DNA of 64,000 bases from Thalia democratica (GCA_965202585.1 OZ241827.1:57784001-57848000); one strand, 5' to 3'; counted from the first letter of the stretch, positions 39,701 through 54,700 are shown. The notes: generated by a model not told the origin, from the sequence alone. Made by a program: numbers and translations.

Positions 39701-42700
39701 ATTATGTAAATTTGCACTATGAAAACTACTACAAGACATTTAAATGCTATTTTTAGTTATAACTTAAAAAAGTTTATTGCGCCATTAGTTGTAAAAAAAG
39801 ATAGAAAGCCAGCAATTTTTTCTAACAGCCAACAAATTATACAATTATCACTTTTTCTTCGCGCCATCACCTTTTGTCTGTACCCAACTTTGCGTATCCA
39901 GACACCGAATTGTCGACTGTGGTACTTAAACTTTAGCACAATTTCAGACAAACACTCCCCGGCAACGTGAAATTAAAACCTTAGTTTAAGAGCTTAGAGC
40001 GGGCGAAAAGGGATTTGCAGATATTCGAAAACGTTTGTCGTTCGGACAAATTGGCGTTTTTGGCGGCATGGAGCGAGGCAATTACGAGCGGATAATTCGA
40101 TATTTTCGGCACAACTCGATACGCTGGCACCTGTTTGTTGTTGGGCCGGCACCTGCAAAAATACGTCCATCGTATCGGGTTGCAAACACATCGCGGCTTT
40201 GATCCGACTTTAAAAGGATGAAGCCCATAACCTGTTTTCATACCGTAAAAGTATGCTAGGAATGACGGTGAATTGACACTGTCAACACAATTTTACTTGG
40301 ATATTGAAGGTTTTATCTGAAATTACAGCGTTATTAAAAAGTTTTTGTTTGTAAACAACGCATTACGAAAGTTGTAGTTTTTAGGAGCATGCATTAGGCT
40401 GTAAAAAAATTAAATATTTTATATGCAAATATTAGAACTTGAAATAATGTTTAAATTACGTCTAACTGAAAAACAGCTTTATCAAAAATTATAAAATTTC
40501 ATTTAATGTATTTTCTCAGGAATGTCCGTATCAATACCGTTCTGCTACGACAACCTTACAAATCGCCTGGCAGCAGACAGCAGATGCGACCAATCTAAAC
40601 ATCCCCTTCCGAAGCTGGCCACCTGCAAGAGGGACCCCTGTCCCGTTCCACCCAAAACTGAAAACGAGACCAGGTAACTTTTATTTGCGTTGAATTTATT
40701 ATTTGATGGCGGTTTTTCTGTTTTTTAAAGCAAAATTGCATGAGAAATGTTAGTAAGGTTTACTGGGTTGCCTGTCAAAAATTGAAATTTGGTAAAATAT
40801 GACTTAATTTGTTGTAGAAGTGTTCTGATGGGAACAAAAGAGCCGTGTAATTGGCCTGTTTTCAACGCGCACTGCCTAAGTAACAGTATTCAGGTATCAT
40901 ATATCACTCTAAACCTTACTAAAATTAAATTAGCTTTCGTTACGACCAAATTAATTCAAGTGAAACGCAGTTGAATCAATAAAAAGCAAGGGAAAGCAAC
41001 ACGAATATTTCTTTAAAAAGTAACTCAAAAGTTAAATAGTGAGAATAAACCATATGAAATCAAGTTAAAATACCTTTACTTTGACACACTCATTAGTTTT
41101 TATCGAAAATTCTAACAAATACTATTTTTAGCTAAGTCTAGAATTAGCAAAAAAGATGTAAAACTAAGCTCTTAAAGACTATTGAACAAATATTGATAAA
41201 AATATTTATAAAGTGTACGCAACTTGTATTAGAAATTTACTGACTTTTAGACATGATGAAGTATAGACGTTAATATGCTTGAGTAAAGCTTCTTTGATCA
41301 GGACTTTCAACTCTTATGATTGATGTTGTTGAGATCTTATCTCGCTCTTTTAGGGACTCTTATCGAGCACCTCTAATACGTAAGAATCTGTCAACGCCAA
41401 GAGGAGTTCAAAACTGGTAAAACTCAATCACTCAAAACTTTTCTCAAGCACCCTTTTGAAGTGTTGCACCTCAATGTATTCATGCCTCGAAACGATACCT
41501 TTTATGTAGGCAATTTAGATATCTTTTGTTCGGCAAAGCAGGGATAAAGGTTTTCTTTTGAAACAGTTTTCACTTGAGTCAGCTGATAATGTTTAAAAAG
41601 CTGCTGGTAAGGTTTTGAAGGCAATTTAAAATTTATTTGATGTTTTTTTTTAATTTACACCAGTTTAGCGGGGTTTTTTATGTTTATTTTTACGTTTAAA
41701 GTTTTTAACAAGGAAAATTATTTTGAAAAACGTAACCAGTTATAATAGTTATAAACTAAAGTCTAACACTTTAATCTTTGACAAGAGGATTAATGCTGAA
41801 CTTAAAGTTTTTCGATACAAAACATTCAACTTTGCTTAAGAACACTACGTTTACAAAAAAAATAGTAAACAATAAAATATATATTCTTAATTCACTTAAT
41901 TGACTTGATAAAATAAAAAAAAAGAAGTAAAAAAATATATTTAAGACAAACTAAAATTTTAGATATTTTAATGAGTAATAAAAGCTATTTAACAAAACAA
42001 AAAACTTTTGTAAATTAAAAATTAAAACGGCAATCCTTTTATAGTAAATAATTAACTCTTTTATTTTAACATTGTATAATGTAACGGATTTTAGTGGTAT
42101 ACTTGAATTACTTTCGTGTTAAAACTATTTTTTTATGATACTAAGACAGCTAAGTACATAGAATTTTTCTAAAAACACTAAACAGAACAACTTTGTGAAC
42201 AAAAGTTTCTTTATAATTCAACAACACGATTAAAACTTTCTAAAACTTTTGACGAAAAGTTGTAGAAAAAACACAGCATTTGTAGTAGTACAGGATAATA
42301 TTGCTCATGAGATAACTTTCCATGTAAAGGAAAAAGGCTAGAACTTCTTTGCTCACAAATTATTTTGAGTATGTAAGGCTTTGCATAGGAATTTGTGTAC
42401 GAGCCGAGTTAGACAAGATAATTTTCGAGTAAAACATTTTTTTCTCAGCTGATAATTGCATTTTTGTTTTAAGTTTATTTCAGACTGTAAATGAAATTTA
42501 GGGGCGGTAATATGTTTATATAGTGCAAACAAAACCAGTATTGTTTTAGTGTTATTTGTTAAGTAAAGCCGGATAAATAAATATTAGTTAAGAAACTTTC
42601 TTATAACTACTTTAAGGCGAATTTATATTAATAAAACTACCAAAAAGGTAAAATCACAACACCAGTAAAATTTTCTATCAAATTATGTATTTATCAGATT

Positions 42701-45700
42701 TTAACTGTTTAAAAACAGTAAGACAAAATAAAAACACAAGTAGTTTATAATATGTTAGTAAGCTTTTTTATTAAAAGTTTTAATAATTTAGACCTTTTTT
42801 TACCTAGAATGACTTAAATTATATTTTTTTACTTTAAGTGTGTTTGACTACAGTTTAAAAGTAAATTAATTTACCTTTTTATATGCAAGCTTTACTTGCA
42901 ATAAAAGTTTTTGTAAATCTAAGTAGAACTGATAGCATCAAGTACAAATAACTGCTGACACATCAATACCTATGAAAGTGTACATTAGACAATGTGCAAT
43001 TTTGCACTTATTAAAACCGATCGCAAAGCGAGGTACAAAAAACAATTAAACAATTAATAAATTTTCCATTGTAGATTAACGACTAGACGTCAATAAACAA
43101 AGAATAAAGTGTAGTCAATTTTAATCTCATTAGCTTCCTGCTTTATCAAATCTATTAACAATGTAACATAATTAGAAAAAAGCATAAAAACTTGGACTCT
43201 GCCCAACTGGTTACTAATTAATTATCTACAATCAAAATCACCATTTCAACGATTAAAACCTTGTTGAATGTAAAAAAGTATACGAGCATGCTTATCAACA
43301 AATTATGAGGCAGAGCTCCAGCAAAGCAGAGCACCGAGTAATTGTTCAAGTAGTCAGATGATATCAAAAAGTTGAAAACAATGTAAACAGCTAGAAGTAG
43401 CAGCAAAATTTTCTTTCACAAATTTGTCATCGTTTTTGTCATTTCGCTCGAACCGCGTCTCCACGGCAACCTTATTGTCGCCGTCGTTTCTTGGCAACCA
43501 ACCGGCGATTGTTCCACGGCTAACAAGCCGCTATCAAACGGCTCGGGGGTTGAAAGCGGGAATGCAGGTACAAGGCTTCCATTAGAAAGTAGTTTCCCGC
43601 TTAATAATAAAAGGAGGTCTGTTGAATTTGTTAACGAGGCATCGCGTGAAGTCAGAGCCCAGTTAGTTTGTTGTTTTTAAGATGAAAAATATATTTTGTT
43701 TTTATTAATTATTGTTTTACGTTCAAAAAGAAATACTATAAGAAACACTTTCTAAATAAGAAAAAAAAATATAACCGAGTTTTAAATAGTTCGATGTTGC
43801 TTGAAAAAAATGTTTACAAAAAATTATCGTTAATGGTGTTACAAAACAGTAAATTTAAGACTAGTTTAAAAAATATTTAAAAATTAAATAATTTTTTTAC
43901 AAAAAAACTTGTTATTGAACTTATAAGTTGAAATATATCATTTGAAAATGTCTGATTGTTTTTTTGCTTATTAATTATCTAAAATTTACTTAGGTTGGTC
44001 GATTCATAAAAAGTTTTGAATATAGACTGCTTTTCTAATATTTAATTTAGACAATTACAGTAACCTCTCGGATCTTTACGCACTCATGACGTTACGCACT
44101 CTCGTTTAGTTACGCATTTTAGAATTCTAAAAAATTCTGAAAATATAATATTAATTAGCTTTAATATTGCACAAATTAGGTATATTGTATATTTTTAACT
44201 TAAAATATGTTTTTAAATGCTAACTCACCTCTCTTTATCTTTAGACTTTGTAAAATTATGTTCCTTGACTAACTAATAAACATTTATAATATCTCAGTAT
44301 ATCAGAAATTTTGTTAACAACAAGAGATTAAATTAAAATCCTTAAAAAATATGACTTTGTTAAATAATGAAAGTATAATGAAATAATGAGAGTTTAAAAC
44401 ACAAATAAATAATACAGCACTTTTGCCCTATATATGAATAAAAATTTAAAAAAGAAATCTAATGAAACTTCCTAGCAAAAAGTAGCAGTGATACTTAATA
44501 AATATAGAGCTTACAATTAACACAAATCTCAGTTGTTTATTATTATTAATAAAATTAGTAAAAATTTTCTACAAGTTTTATTATTTTATATAGATTTAAA
44601 TCCTTTTTTTTAGTATAAGTATAGTTTTATCTTTCATTTTCATATTTATAAATAAAGTAAACAAATTTTTAAAAGTGGAAAAGTCTCCAGTCTGTTTTTA
44701 ACTAGAAGCAATATCAAAAAACAGCCATTATAGTAAGTATATTTGGTACCTCTCGTATCTTTACGATCTCTCATATCTTTACGCACTTTTTCTGTGGACA
44801 CAATGTGCGTAAATAAGCGGGAGGTTACTGTATGTTAAAAAAAATGGTTTAACAAACTGCAACAAAAAATTAAAAAAACAAAGAGCATTTTTTTTGTGAT
44901 TAGATTACTAGAGCGAGCTTTAGCTACAAATCCTTGCAAACAGATAGCAAAATGTAAATATTTGCATAACAAAACCTTTTAAAGCGGGTTACTTGGCCTT
45001 CGCACAGCGTTTCTTATGTGTTTTTGCTTTTTGGTCTATTTCTATCATTTAACACTTAAACACTCGTCAATATCATCTATTAGCTCTGCACGGCAGAGTG
45101 TTATAATCAAATTAACACGTTTCTATAATTGACATCTATCGATTACAAAGTTTGGTTTAAAAATATCATAAAAGATATGAACGGTTGAAAGTAACGCAAA
45201 ATAAGATGTGGAAATTTTTGAGAGCTAAATTGTTGAGATAACTTTGTGATTTTACTTTGATGAAAATTTTAAATATTTTAATATGCTTACGTGATCTTTT
45301 TGTAGTAATTTTATTTGCTTTTACTTAATTAGTCTAAAACTTTATATTTAATTTTCTTAATAAGTCTAATAATACAAAAATAAATAAAATTAATCTATGA
45401 TGTTATAAAAAAGTAAGTAAATTTTCACTGTTGTTTAAATTTTTAACACGTGCAAGAGAATTTGTTTCCTAAGAAACGTATTTGAAGTTAAAATTACACG
45501 GTTTAAAAATAGTTATTGTGAAAATTTTGTGTTTGCTTATTCATTAATGTGCGAACATTTATTTTAAACAAAATATTTTTTTGTCACTAAGCAGAAATAG
45601 ATTAGTACTATTTGTTTAGTTATAACTGTCAAGATAACTTATTGGTTTTTATTTGCATTTTGTCAGTTAACACTTCAAAAGGACTTCTACAAACAAAAAG

Positions 45701-48700
45701 CTAGTATCATCTTTGTTGTTAAGTAAAATTAAGTGTAAAAACTTTTCACATTAGTAACAAAAACAGTTTTCAAAAACAAGTTAATGATAAGCCTTTAAGT
45801 TACAATAAATCATTAAAACTTTAAACTTTAAATAGTTCTAGAAAAAAATATCATACTGATAATAGACCCTAAAATAGTTGTCTTTTCATAAATTCATAGC
45901 TTAAAAGTACTATTACTATTATTATGAAGTTATATGGTACTATATTTTGTAATGTCTAGAATGAAATACTACAATTTTTTTTTCGATACAATCTTTATAA
46001 AAAAATAGTCTCTGTTTACAAAGAGCTATAAACTATCAAGTTTATTTTAAAATGTTATTTAGTTGTTCGCTAATAGTATGTTTATTTTTTATTAAAGATC
46101 AAAGATAAATTTTTCTTGACAAGTATTTTTTGAATGAAATAAAAGCTTGAGGTTTTTGTTTAATAGTCGTTAATAAACCTTTCTTTGAAGTTTTTAGGAG
46201 CTTAAGTTTTATTTTATCTAATAAAAGTAATGTTTATGAGATGAAACAACATTATTTTACAACCCTAAACCAGTATTAATTGTGTTTGACAAAAAACATC
46301 GTTGGATAATAAAAGATTATGTAATATGATTGCGTAAGCTATTTATTTCACTATATAATGAAATGTGAGATTAACAATATAACTTAGTTTTCAAAGTATC
46401 TCAAGCTAAAAGTTGATACAGATCATCTAAAAATAAACATTAATTGATTATTAGTTTTTAAAATTTTAAATGCTTTTATCACTTCTGGTAATACTTTTTA
46501 GACACTAATTTATTTAAATGTTAATTCTTTAATCACCAAAGTTTATTGATGATTTTTTTAAACAATGAGAACGTTGTGTATTTTTTTAAGATCTTACTAT
46601 AATAATGAGAATAAGTAAAAGAACGATTATAAATAACAGCAAATAAACTGCTAACAACTATTAAAGCATTTATCTTTAAACAACTTTATCAAGATTTTAT
46701 AATAATACGGTTTTGTATCGAAATTAGCACTAAAGACCTTTGCTAACTTCAGAACATAACAGAAAGTTACAAGTTAATAACTCTAAAACCCCAAGCGAAA
46801 ACAAAAAATGATGATTTAAGGGTTTAGTGATAACGCGAAAGTTTCTCTTGGTTATTAAATTTTGAGGTTTTTAGCTTTGATCGTCGGCACACATTTAATA
46901 TGGCCCGGTGTCAGATCTTATGAAAATTTGTATTTATGTTGTTTTAAAACGACATTAATCCCATAACGCATTGTGCTGCTAATACACTAAAGTTTTCGGC
47001 TAAACAACCTTGCATTTGTAAAAGTTTTTTATGTGTTTTCACAAGGCTCTTAGATGTTACAAATATTTATTAATAACATGAAAAGCAGACTTAATTAATG
47101 GATCTTCTTTTTTGATCAAAAGCACCTTGGTTCGACAATTCCAAACTTAGAAAGCAGGCATCATCATTACAATGCTTACATTATGAAAAGTTTATAACTA
47201 AATATATAAATATAGTAAAAAAAAATTGATAAATAAGCGTCTTTTTTGTGCGAAAAAACCGAAAAAAAGTCTCATTTCTCCCAAATTTTTAAAAAAGTTA
47301 CGTCATAGACCAACTCGTAGTAAATTAATCGTGTTGCGACAATAATACACACAAGTTCGTATAAAAACTCATTGGTGGTCTATTGTCATGAAAAAACAAC
47401 GAGTTGCACTTCTGTGCCACTTCAACATTTTGTTGTACTACGACCACCCCGACACACAAAAACCTTTTTTCTTTTTTGTTTTTGTCGCAGGCTCTGTTGT
47501 AGCACAATAGTGCGATGGCTGCGCTATGTGTTTACAGTAGCTACTCGACAAAAGACACGAGCTCAAACAACTTGTGTTCACATTTTTTTAAGTCGCTGCA
47601 AAGACTAGATTAGGTTTAGGTAATTGGAAGTTAACAGGTTTTTGAGGTATTTTTAAGTCAGTTTAAAATTTAGAAACTGTTTTATTTTTGTTTTGTTTCA
47701 CGTAGATGTTTAAGTTTATTTTAAAGGTTGTAAATTATGATAAATAAATAACTAAACAATAGTTATATAGTTTCAAGTATAAGAAGCTTTACCAGTATCC
47801 ATAATATTTTAAATAGCTAGAACTAAAAACAAGTTTTTTGAAACAAAAAATATCTTGATAGTTAGGGATTGGTTTCAAGTAATTTTTTATAATACTTTAC
47901 TTTGAATATCTATTATTTAGCTATAAGAATAAATAACGTCAATTGTTTATAATGAATAGAAGTATTTTCAGTTTTTTTTTTCGCATTTTGTAGGTGAATA
48001 AATGAATACTTTAAATTATATCTTGTTCACAGCTAAATTTCTAAGCTTAGAAATTCAAAATTTATACCAGTGTGATACATTTAAAAGTAAAGCAACTTTT
48101 TTTAAGATGCTTACTTCTATACGAAATTATACTATAAAGACTACCATAAAAAAGAAAGTTTATAAATACTAGCAAAATAATTAAAATTTCCAAAAAGATG
48201 GTTACCGCACTGTTATATAGTATTAGAAATATTTATATTACTGATAATGATAAATCGTCGTGCAATTTTTTTACAAAAAATTGAATTTTAATTGCTTTTT
48301 AAAATACTAAAAACCACTGATTTGATAAAATCATTTTATTCACAATTAAATCGCCAGCAACGACGCTCTTATCTGTTTCAAACTCAGCAACAAAATTACA
48401 TCCATTAAGTTATTACGAATACAGTTTGTTTATCACTAAACTGTCACGCGCAGGATACTGTTTATGGACGGCAGTATTACAACTGTATTGTGGCATATAA
48501 GGTCGATTTCGGTTGTATAGGAAACGGTATGATGTATTTATACTGATGTAATCCATCACTCCAGTGCAACGAATAAGCGCGGCTTAATCAACCGACGAGA
48601 CGCTGTTCTGACACCATCGAGAGCAAATCACCACCACTTTGTGTTTGCGCCGGTGACCGCTCATGCGGATCGACGTGAGAGTTTTTGATTTCACAACTCG

Positions 48701-51700
48701 ATTCGGTTGGCTGCGCTCGCTAATATTCTAATGCGCTCTCCGGTTCTAAAAAGTTTTGAAACTGCTGTACAAAACTGTCAGGATAAAGAATGAATAAGCC
48801 GAATTGTTGATGATGAATTTTGTTTTTACTAAACTGATGGTACAGCAGTTTAATTTTAGTTATTTGCATATAGTATATAAAAGTCATTTAAAACTATTAA
48901 CAATTTTAAACTTAAATCATAATTAGGACTAAATATATGATTTTGCTTCTTTTTTCTCTAAAACTTCTTTCAACTTTTTGTGCTTTCTGAAAGGTTATTA
49001 AATGTTAGCGCTCATACTAAATTTTGAAATTGTATGACATTTCCAAAGTATAAATAGAGCTTCTTTCATGAGCAGAGAATTTAAGTTCTACACATAAAAA
49101 TTGTTTTCGTAGGTAAATTTCTTTTACATATTGAAAAGCGTATACAACAAACGCTTCACGAGCATATAAATGCGACCCGTCGAATTTTCCAAACAAAAAT
49201 AAAAGGCACATTTACGACACCAAATGCGCACTTTCCTAACCAAACAAAAAAGGCGTTTCCGGCATTAAGCCCAGTCAAGACGGCTTTGCTGTACAAACAG
49301 CCCTGTGCTTGTGATTCTACGCAGAATTAACCGTTTACAGAAACCCGTGAAAAGCTTTGAAAATTTTAATCGTAGGCAGTGAAGTGGTTTCACTTCAAAA
49401 GTTTCGTAGGTAATTTGTTCTTTAAAAAAGACTATTTAGTATAATGTAAACGTATTTTGTGTATTCATATTTAAGAAATAAACTTTATACTGCTTATTAT
49501 ACTTATAGTTTAGTTGTTTTTGTTTCCAAGATATAAAAGAAAATTATGAAAAGTTGAAACTTCATCAGAGAATTTTTTTAGTAACTACGTTTTACTTTTA
49601 AATTTTTCAATCAAATTTATTGCTTCAGGTCTAAAAATAGCATTTACCCTTTGAACCATACTTAAGGTGAAACAATTTGCTTTAAAGCTGAAGTTTATGA
49701 CAGACAAACTTAATAACACATTGTATTCGTCAATGTTTTTGTTTTCTGTCAACATTACAATTTCGTGTGAAAAGTTTGAAATCTAAATATAAATACCTTC
49801 TAATTAGAAAAACTTACTCATATTTCATAATATTTTCAACTGACCTTTTCAAAACTTTGTCGCGTTTTTTAACGAAAATCTTTGTTTATACATTTTTCAA
49901 TGACAACTACATGAACATAGTGGTGTAAGCTGTTTACGCGAGACTAAAGACAATAAAATTTTGTTTTGAATGTGTTTATAAAATTGTATAAACACGAAAG
50001 CATATTCATATTATGATGTCAATTCAATTTCAGTATATAAGGTAAATTTTATGAAAACTTTAGTTTAAGCTTTCTGCAGTAAAAGATGCAGTCAGTCTAT
50101 ATAAGGATTGTAAACAAAGAAGCTTTAGCTGAAAAAAAACACAAAATTAATATTTACACTAAATACTGTTAAGTTTGTTGATAACAAGATCAGAAAAATG
50201 ATTCTTTTTTTACTAAAAACAAATTTGTTTGTTTTGGTTTGTATTTTAAGTTCGTATTTTATAATTTAAAGCAATATTTTTTTAAAGTTTTTGATTATTT
50301 TTACTTTTTTATCGCACTATAATACAGCTTGATACTTTTAAACGTTTAGAATAAAAACCATTATTAGAAGTTGTTTTCTAACTACTATTCAACTCAGATT
50401 ACCATTCAAATTTTTAACTTATTTCAACTTTTTTTACTTCAAATCAAAGTTTTAGTTGAAAATAAAACAAACTAACTTTACTTGTATTTAACAGTTTCGG
50501 AATGTTATGTATAAAACAAACATAATCTTTTTAAGTACTTATTATTGTTACTTAGCAGTATTTTTAGTTGCTATTGGACCCTGTCAAAGTATACCAATTA
50601 GGTTAGTACCTTTAAGAAGCAATTCTTAATAGTTTTTAAAGTTGTCATAACTAAACAATTTAAAAATAGTTATGTTGTACCTAATGAAAACATGATTTCT
50701 ACAAGGTTTTTATAATATCAAGTGAAAACGTTTTACTGTGATATCATTTAAGCCTAGTGTTATAAATGAGAAAGGTTATACGCTTAATATAAAAGTTTCA
50801 AGTCTTTAGTAGAGCAAAAAATAATAATAACCAGTAAATTAGTACATGAGAAAAAACACACTTCACAACTTGTTTATATTGAAGATTAATTTCAGTAAAC
50901 TTTTAAATGTTTGTTTCGTATAAACTCATTGAACTTTAAAATTCTTATTAAAAACTCAAAATTTGCATAAGCTACAAAGAAAAGCCAATAGATAGTGTAA
51001 TAAAGTTTTTAATAATTTTAGACCAAGTTTACCTGTTCTAAGTATATTTTTATATCATTAAATCTTGCTGTTTTACTATATTGTTTTACCCATTTAGTCG
51101 AATTAAAATAACGACTTCTGTATTGGTATGTTTATACAAAGTAGGTTTTTTTCTTTTGTCTAAACATAACTATAATGTTATATTTAAACTTGATTAGAAA
51201 ATTATATAAAAAAGCTAACTTACAGATTTTTATTATAAACCAACTATGTATTATACTAGTTTCTTTAAAAACTCTGACAGTATAAACCATAGCCTTTCCG
51301 GTAACATTTTTACTAAGTAGAAGAAAAATGTAGGTTGATTTAAAACAATTTTTAGTATTTTAAATAGGCTCTACTTATCTTTACATTAAATTTATAGCGA
51401 AAACTTAAAAAAATTAAAAATATCCAAAAATATTTCAGATGGGAAATAGGTCAGTACGGTTCGTGTTCGAAAATATGCGGCAGAGGGATCAGAAAAAGAT
51501 CTGTCACGTGCAAGTTCATGCCTGAAAACTCCACTCACCACGTCACCAACAATGACGTCATGCCTGAAATCATGTGCCCCAACCCGAAACCTCAGTCGGT
51601 TGAACCTTGCGGGTTCGCCACCTGTCCCCCTGTCTGGATGAAGTCTGGTCTCGGGAAGGTTAGTTTTAAAAAACCTATTGACATACCAAAATATATTCTT

Positions 51701-54700
51701 GATAGTAAGATTTTTTTCTTAGATTATTGAACCAATTTAAGCAAGGTTTAAACATTTAACAATTTTATAAGCTTAAGACCATTCATTGAGCTTAGCCTAG
51801 TAATTGAGCCTAGTCATCTACTTTAAGGAAAACTTTTTCATTAAAAAAACTTTTTAGTGTTCTGAGCAATGCGGTAACGGGTTTCGTGAAATTTCTTTCT
51901 TGTGCAAACCAAGAATAGGAACTGGCAAATTGATCCAGGTGCCTTCAAAATATTGTTCGCAGAACAAACCGTATCGATTAACAAGGAGAAAGTGCAAAAT
52001 TAATGAGTGCGAACCGAAATTCACTGCGGAAGATTGGAGTGAAGTATATATATCTTTCAATTTATAAGTATCTTGCCTGTAATTGACATAGTTAGCAACA
52101 ATTAAAACAATTTAAACAAATTAAAATTTTGTATATAAGAACGTTATTACTAGGCATTTATTACTATAACTTATAAATAATATTATCTTTGTTAATATAC
52201 TTTGTTGATGACTTTTTGAAATACAAAAATGCACAGCTAAACTCGTTTTTTAGTGTAAAGGTGACTGCACAAAGTCACGAAAAGGTTGGCAAACAAGAAA
52301 AGTTGTCTGCATGTTCATGAAAAACGGAAATTGGCACAAAACTAGTGCGAATTCGAAATACTGCAAAAACTTGAAACCACTTCCGGTCAGAAGGAGTTGC
52401 TCACTGCACAGGAAATGTATGTCCAGCTTGGGTGAGTCAACCGTTTGTTACATTTAAAAATAGTTAATTTTTTTAACGTCTTTTACGTCTAAGTAATTTG
52501 TATAATGCTGTAATTAAAGCTGCCAATCAAGAAGGGCAAAGCACGATCCAAAGGAGGCCCAACCCGACCAAGATCAACGGAGGGCTGAGAGTATTCGTGC
52601 AAAAATCGGCCAGAAAAATCCCCCTCCAACTGACCCTCCCGCTAAAGGCCTTCGTCATTCCTGGAACCACCATCATCGCCAAGTGCAGCTTCAAAAAGTG
52701 AGTTCTAATGCAAACAATAAACACCGTCACGCACAAGGTCAATGCGCTACAAAATAAAATTTGCTTATCGGGAAATGGGAGAGAACGATGAAGGCAATTA
52801 GCTTTGATTATCTGCCGCTTTGTTTGCTCATTTGATGATTTGATGGCAAGTGGGCTAACAAGGTGACATCAATCAGAGGAAGTTTTGCCTCCTGTTTGCC
52901 CAAAAACTTCAGACAATGGCCTAGTTTTACGTTAAAAAATAAACAAATATTTGCAAACAATTTTTATATTTTGGCTTCAAAGAGTCACAGATAGTTTGTC
53001 GCGCTATAATTGTATTACTGTGCGAATTTTGTAATGTTTCGTTAATGTTTTCGGACATCAGTCTTCTTTTCGAAGCTAATTAAGGCTATTTTTACATTGC
53101 GGCGGTCCTAAATGTTATTTCTTTCAGCTAATTAGTTCTATTTTTACTCAGCGGTGCGCCATCAAAACACGCGTGGTTTGTCAACAAGCGGAGGGTGAAG
53201 AGCAGGCGGGGGAAGGTGATGGTGACGAAGGGGGGCAACCTGAAGATGAGCAAGATCAGGATGAGGAGGAGGCAGATGGTGAAGTGCCAGGGAGGACAGG
53301 GCAGGAGCAGGCTGCTCGTTCTCATCAACAAAAGTTTAAATTTTATTTTATTTCAAGTAATTCTAAATATTAAAATAATATGTTAACACATTTAATTAAA
53401 AAACATGACTGTTTTAGCGTTTTAGGACTGAGTTAGTAAAATAAAATTTCATTTAAATTTTAAATTTTGTTACTATACAATGTGTTACTTTAAAAGTTTA
53501 AACTGTTTTAACGTTGTTAAAATGTTGTATAATAAGTAAAAATAAAATCAGCTTGAAAACTGAGTAGTGAATTAAGTTAAAGATTTTGAAAAACCAAAGT
53601 TTGACTTTTGTATTTTTCTGAATACATATTTTTGTGTTTATAAATTACGTCAATTGTAATTTTGTGTTCAATTGAAACAAACAGCAATTTCTCAAACTTA
53701 ATAATTTAATTAAAAACGTAGTTTATAATCTGATATATAATGTACAATGTTTTTAATGAGAACTGCATTATAAATTGAAATCAAAGAGTTGTTTAAAGCG
53801 GGTTCGTAAAAACGTTTTTAAAAATTCATTACTAGTTTTTTTTGTTTAAGTTCATTCACTTAACATGATTTGAATGAGCTTTTGAATTACGTAACCCTTT
53901 GTAGACTAATAAAGCTTTAAAAATTAACTTTATTTGTAACACAAGTTCAACAAAAGGTCTATAAAAACTTATGGTTGTAAAAGTTTTCACATTCCGTTAA
54001 AACGTTTGGCTTAAATATAAACTGTATAGTATTTTTCTTAGCTATTATTGACAAAAAATAATAATAAAGCTTAACTTTATAAAAGTTTGCTGTAGTTGAA
54101 AAGCAAATAATAATGTTTCTTTACATATAACAGCTTTAAATTGCATGACAACGCGTGTATGAACATGAAAAGTAACTAATTAAAAACTTTAAAGATTAAC
54201 TTTGTATCTAATTAACCTTTAGGAGCTGCCAGCGGACCACATAAAGGTTTAGTGCAAGTCAAAGAGAACCACTCGCAAGAAGGGGGTCAAGCTTTTCAAC
54301 AATCCATTACCAAGTACATAGACAGAAAAGTTTGTCACATTTTACGTTTACGAAATTTACATACAAACTTAAAAAACTTCCTTGAATTATTAAACATTTG
54401 CATCAAAATACTAATAAAAATTTTTAATTCAATTTCAAAAATCATTAGGTAATTTTTATTTTTAAAGTTTGTAACAACACGACCCAATAAATTAAAATAT
54501 CTGTTCAGTAAAGACTTAGCATAGGAGGGACTTCCATTGTACAAGTTAATTGTATTAAAATTCCAAGTATACACACAACTTCGCGTTTCAACTTTAAACT
54601 TTTGCAGCATTTGAAGCTCGCAGCTGGAACTAAAGCTGTGAACAAGAAGGTAATTAGAAAGAAACCTCACATAGTCAACGACTACAAAGTCGTCCAACTA

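Noticed and set aside
43390-43570. Open frame through the X-box island ending at a cag|gtacaa donor
   Set aside because: No start codon, and the phase-1 donor is incompatible with exon 18; better explained as regulatory DNA.
53173-53373. Acidic ORF ([18 protein letters not shown]...) overlapping exon 22
   Set aside because: It is an alternative frame of a purine-rich exon. Splice phases and the Ig Trp/Cys positions support the basic frame.
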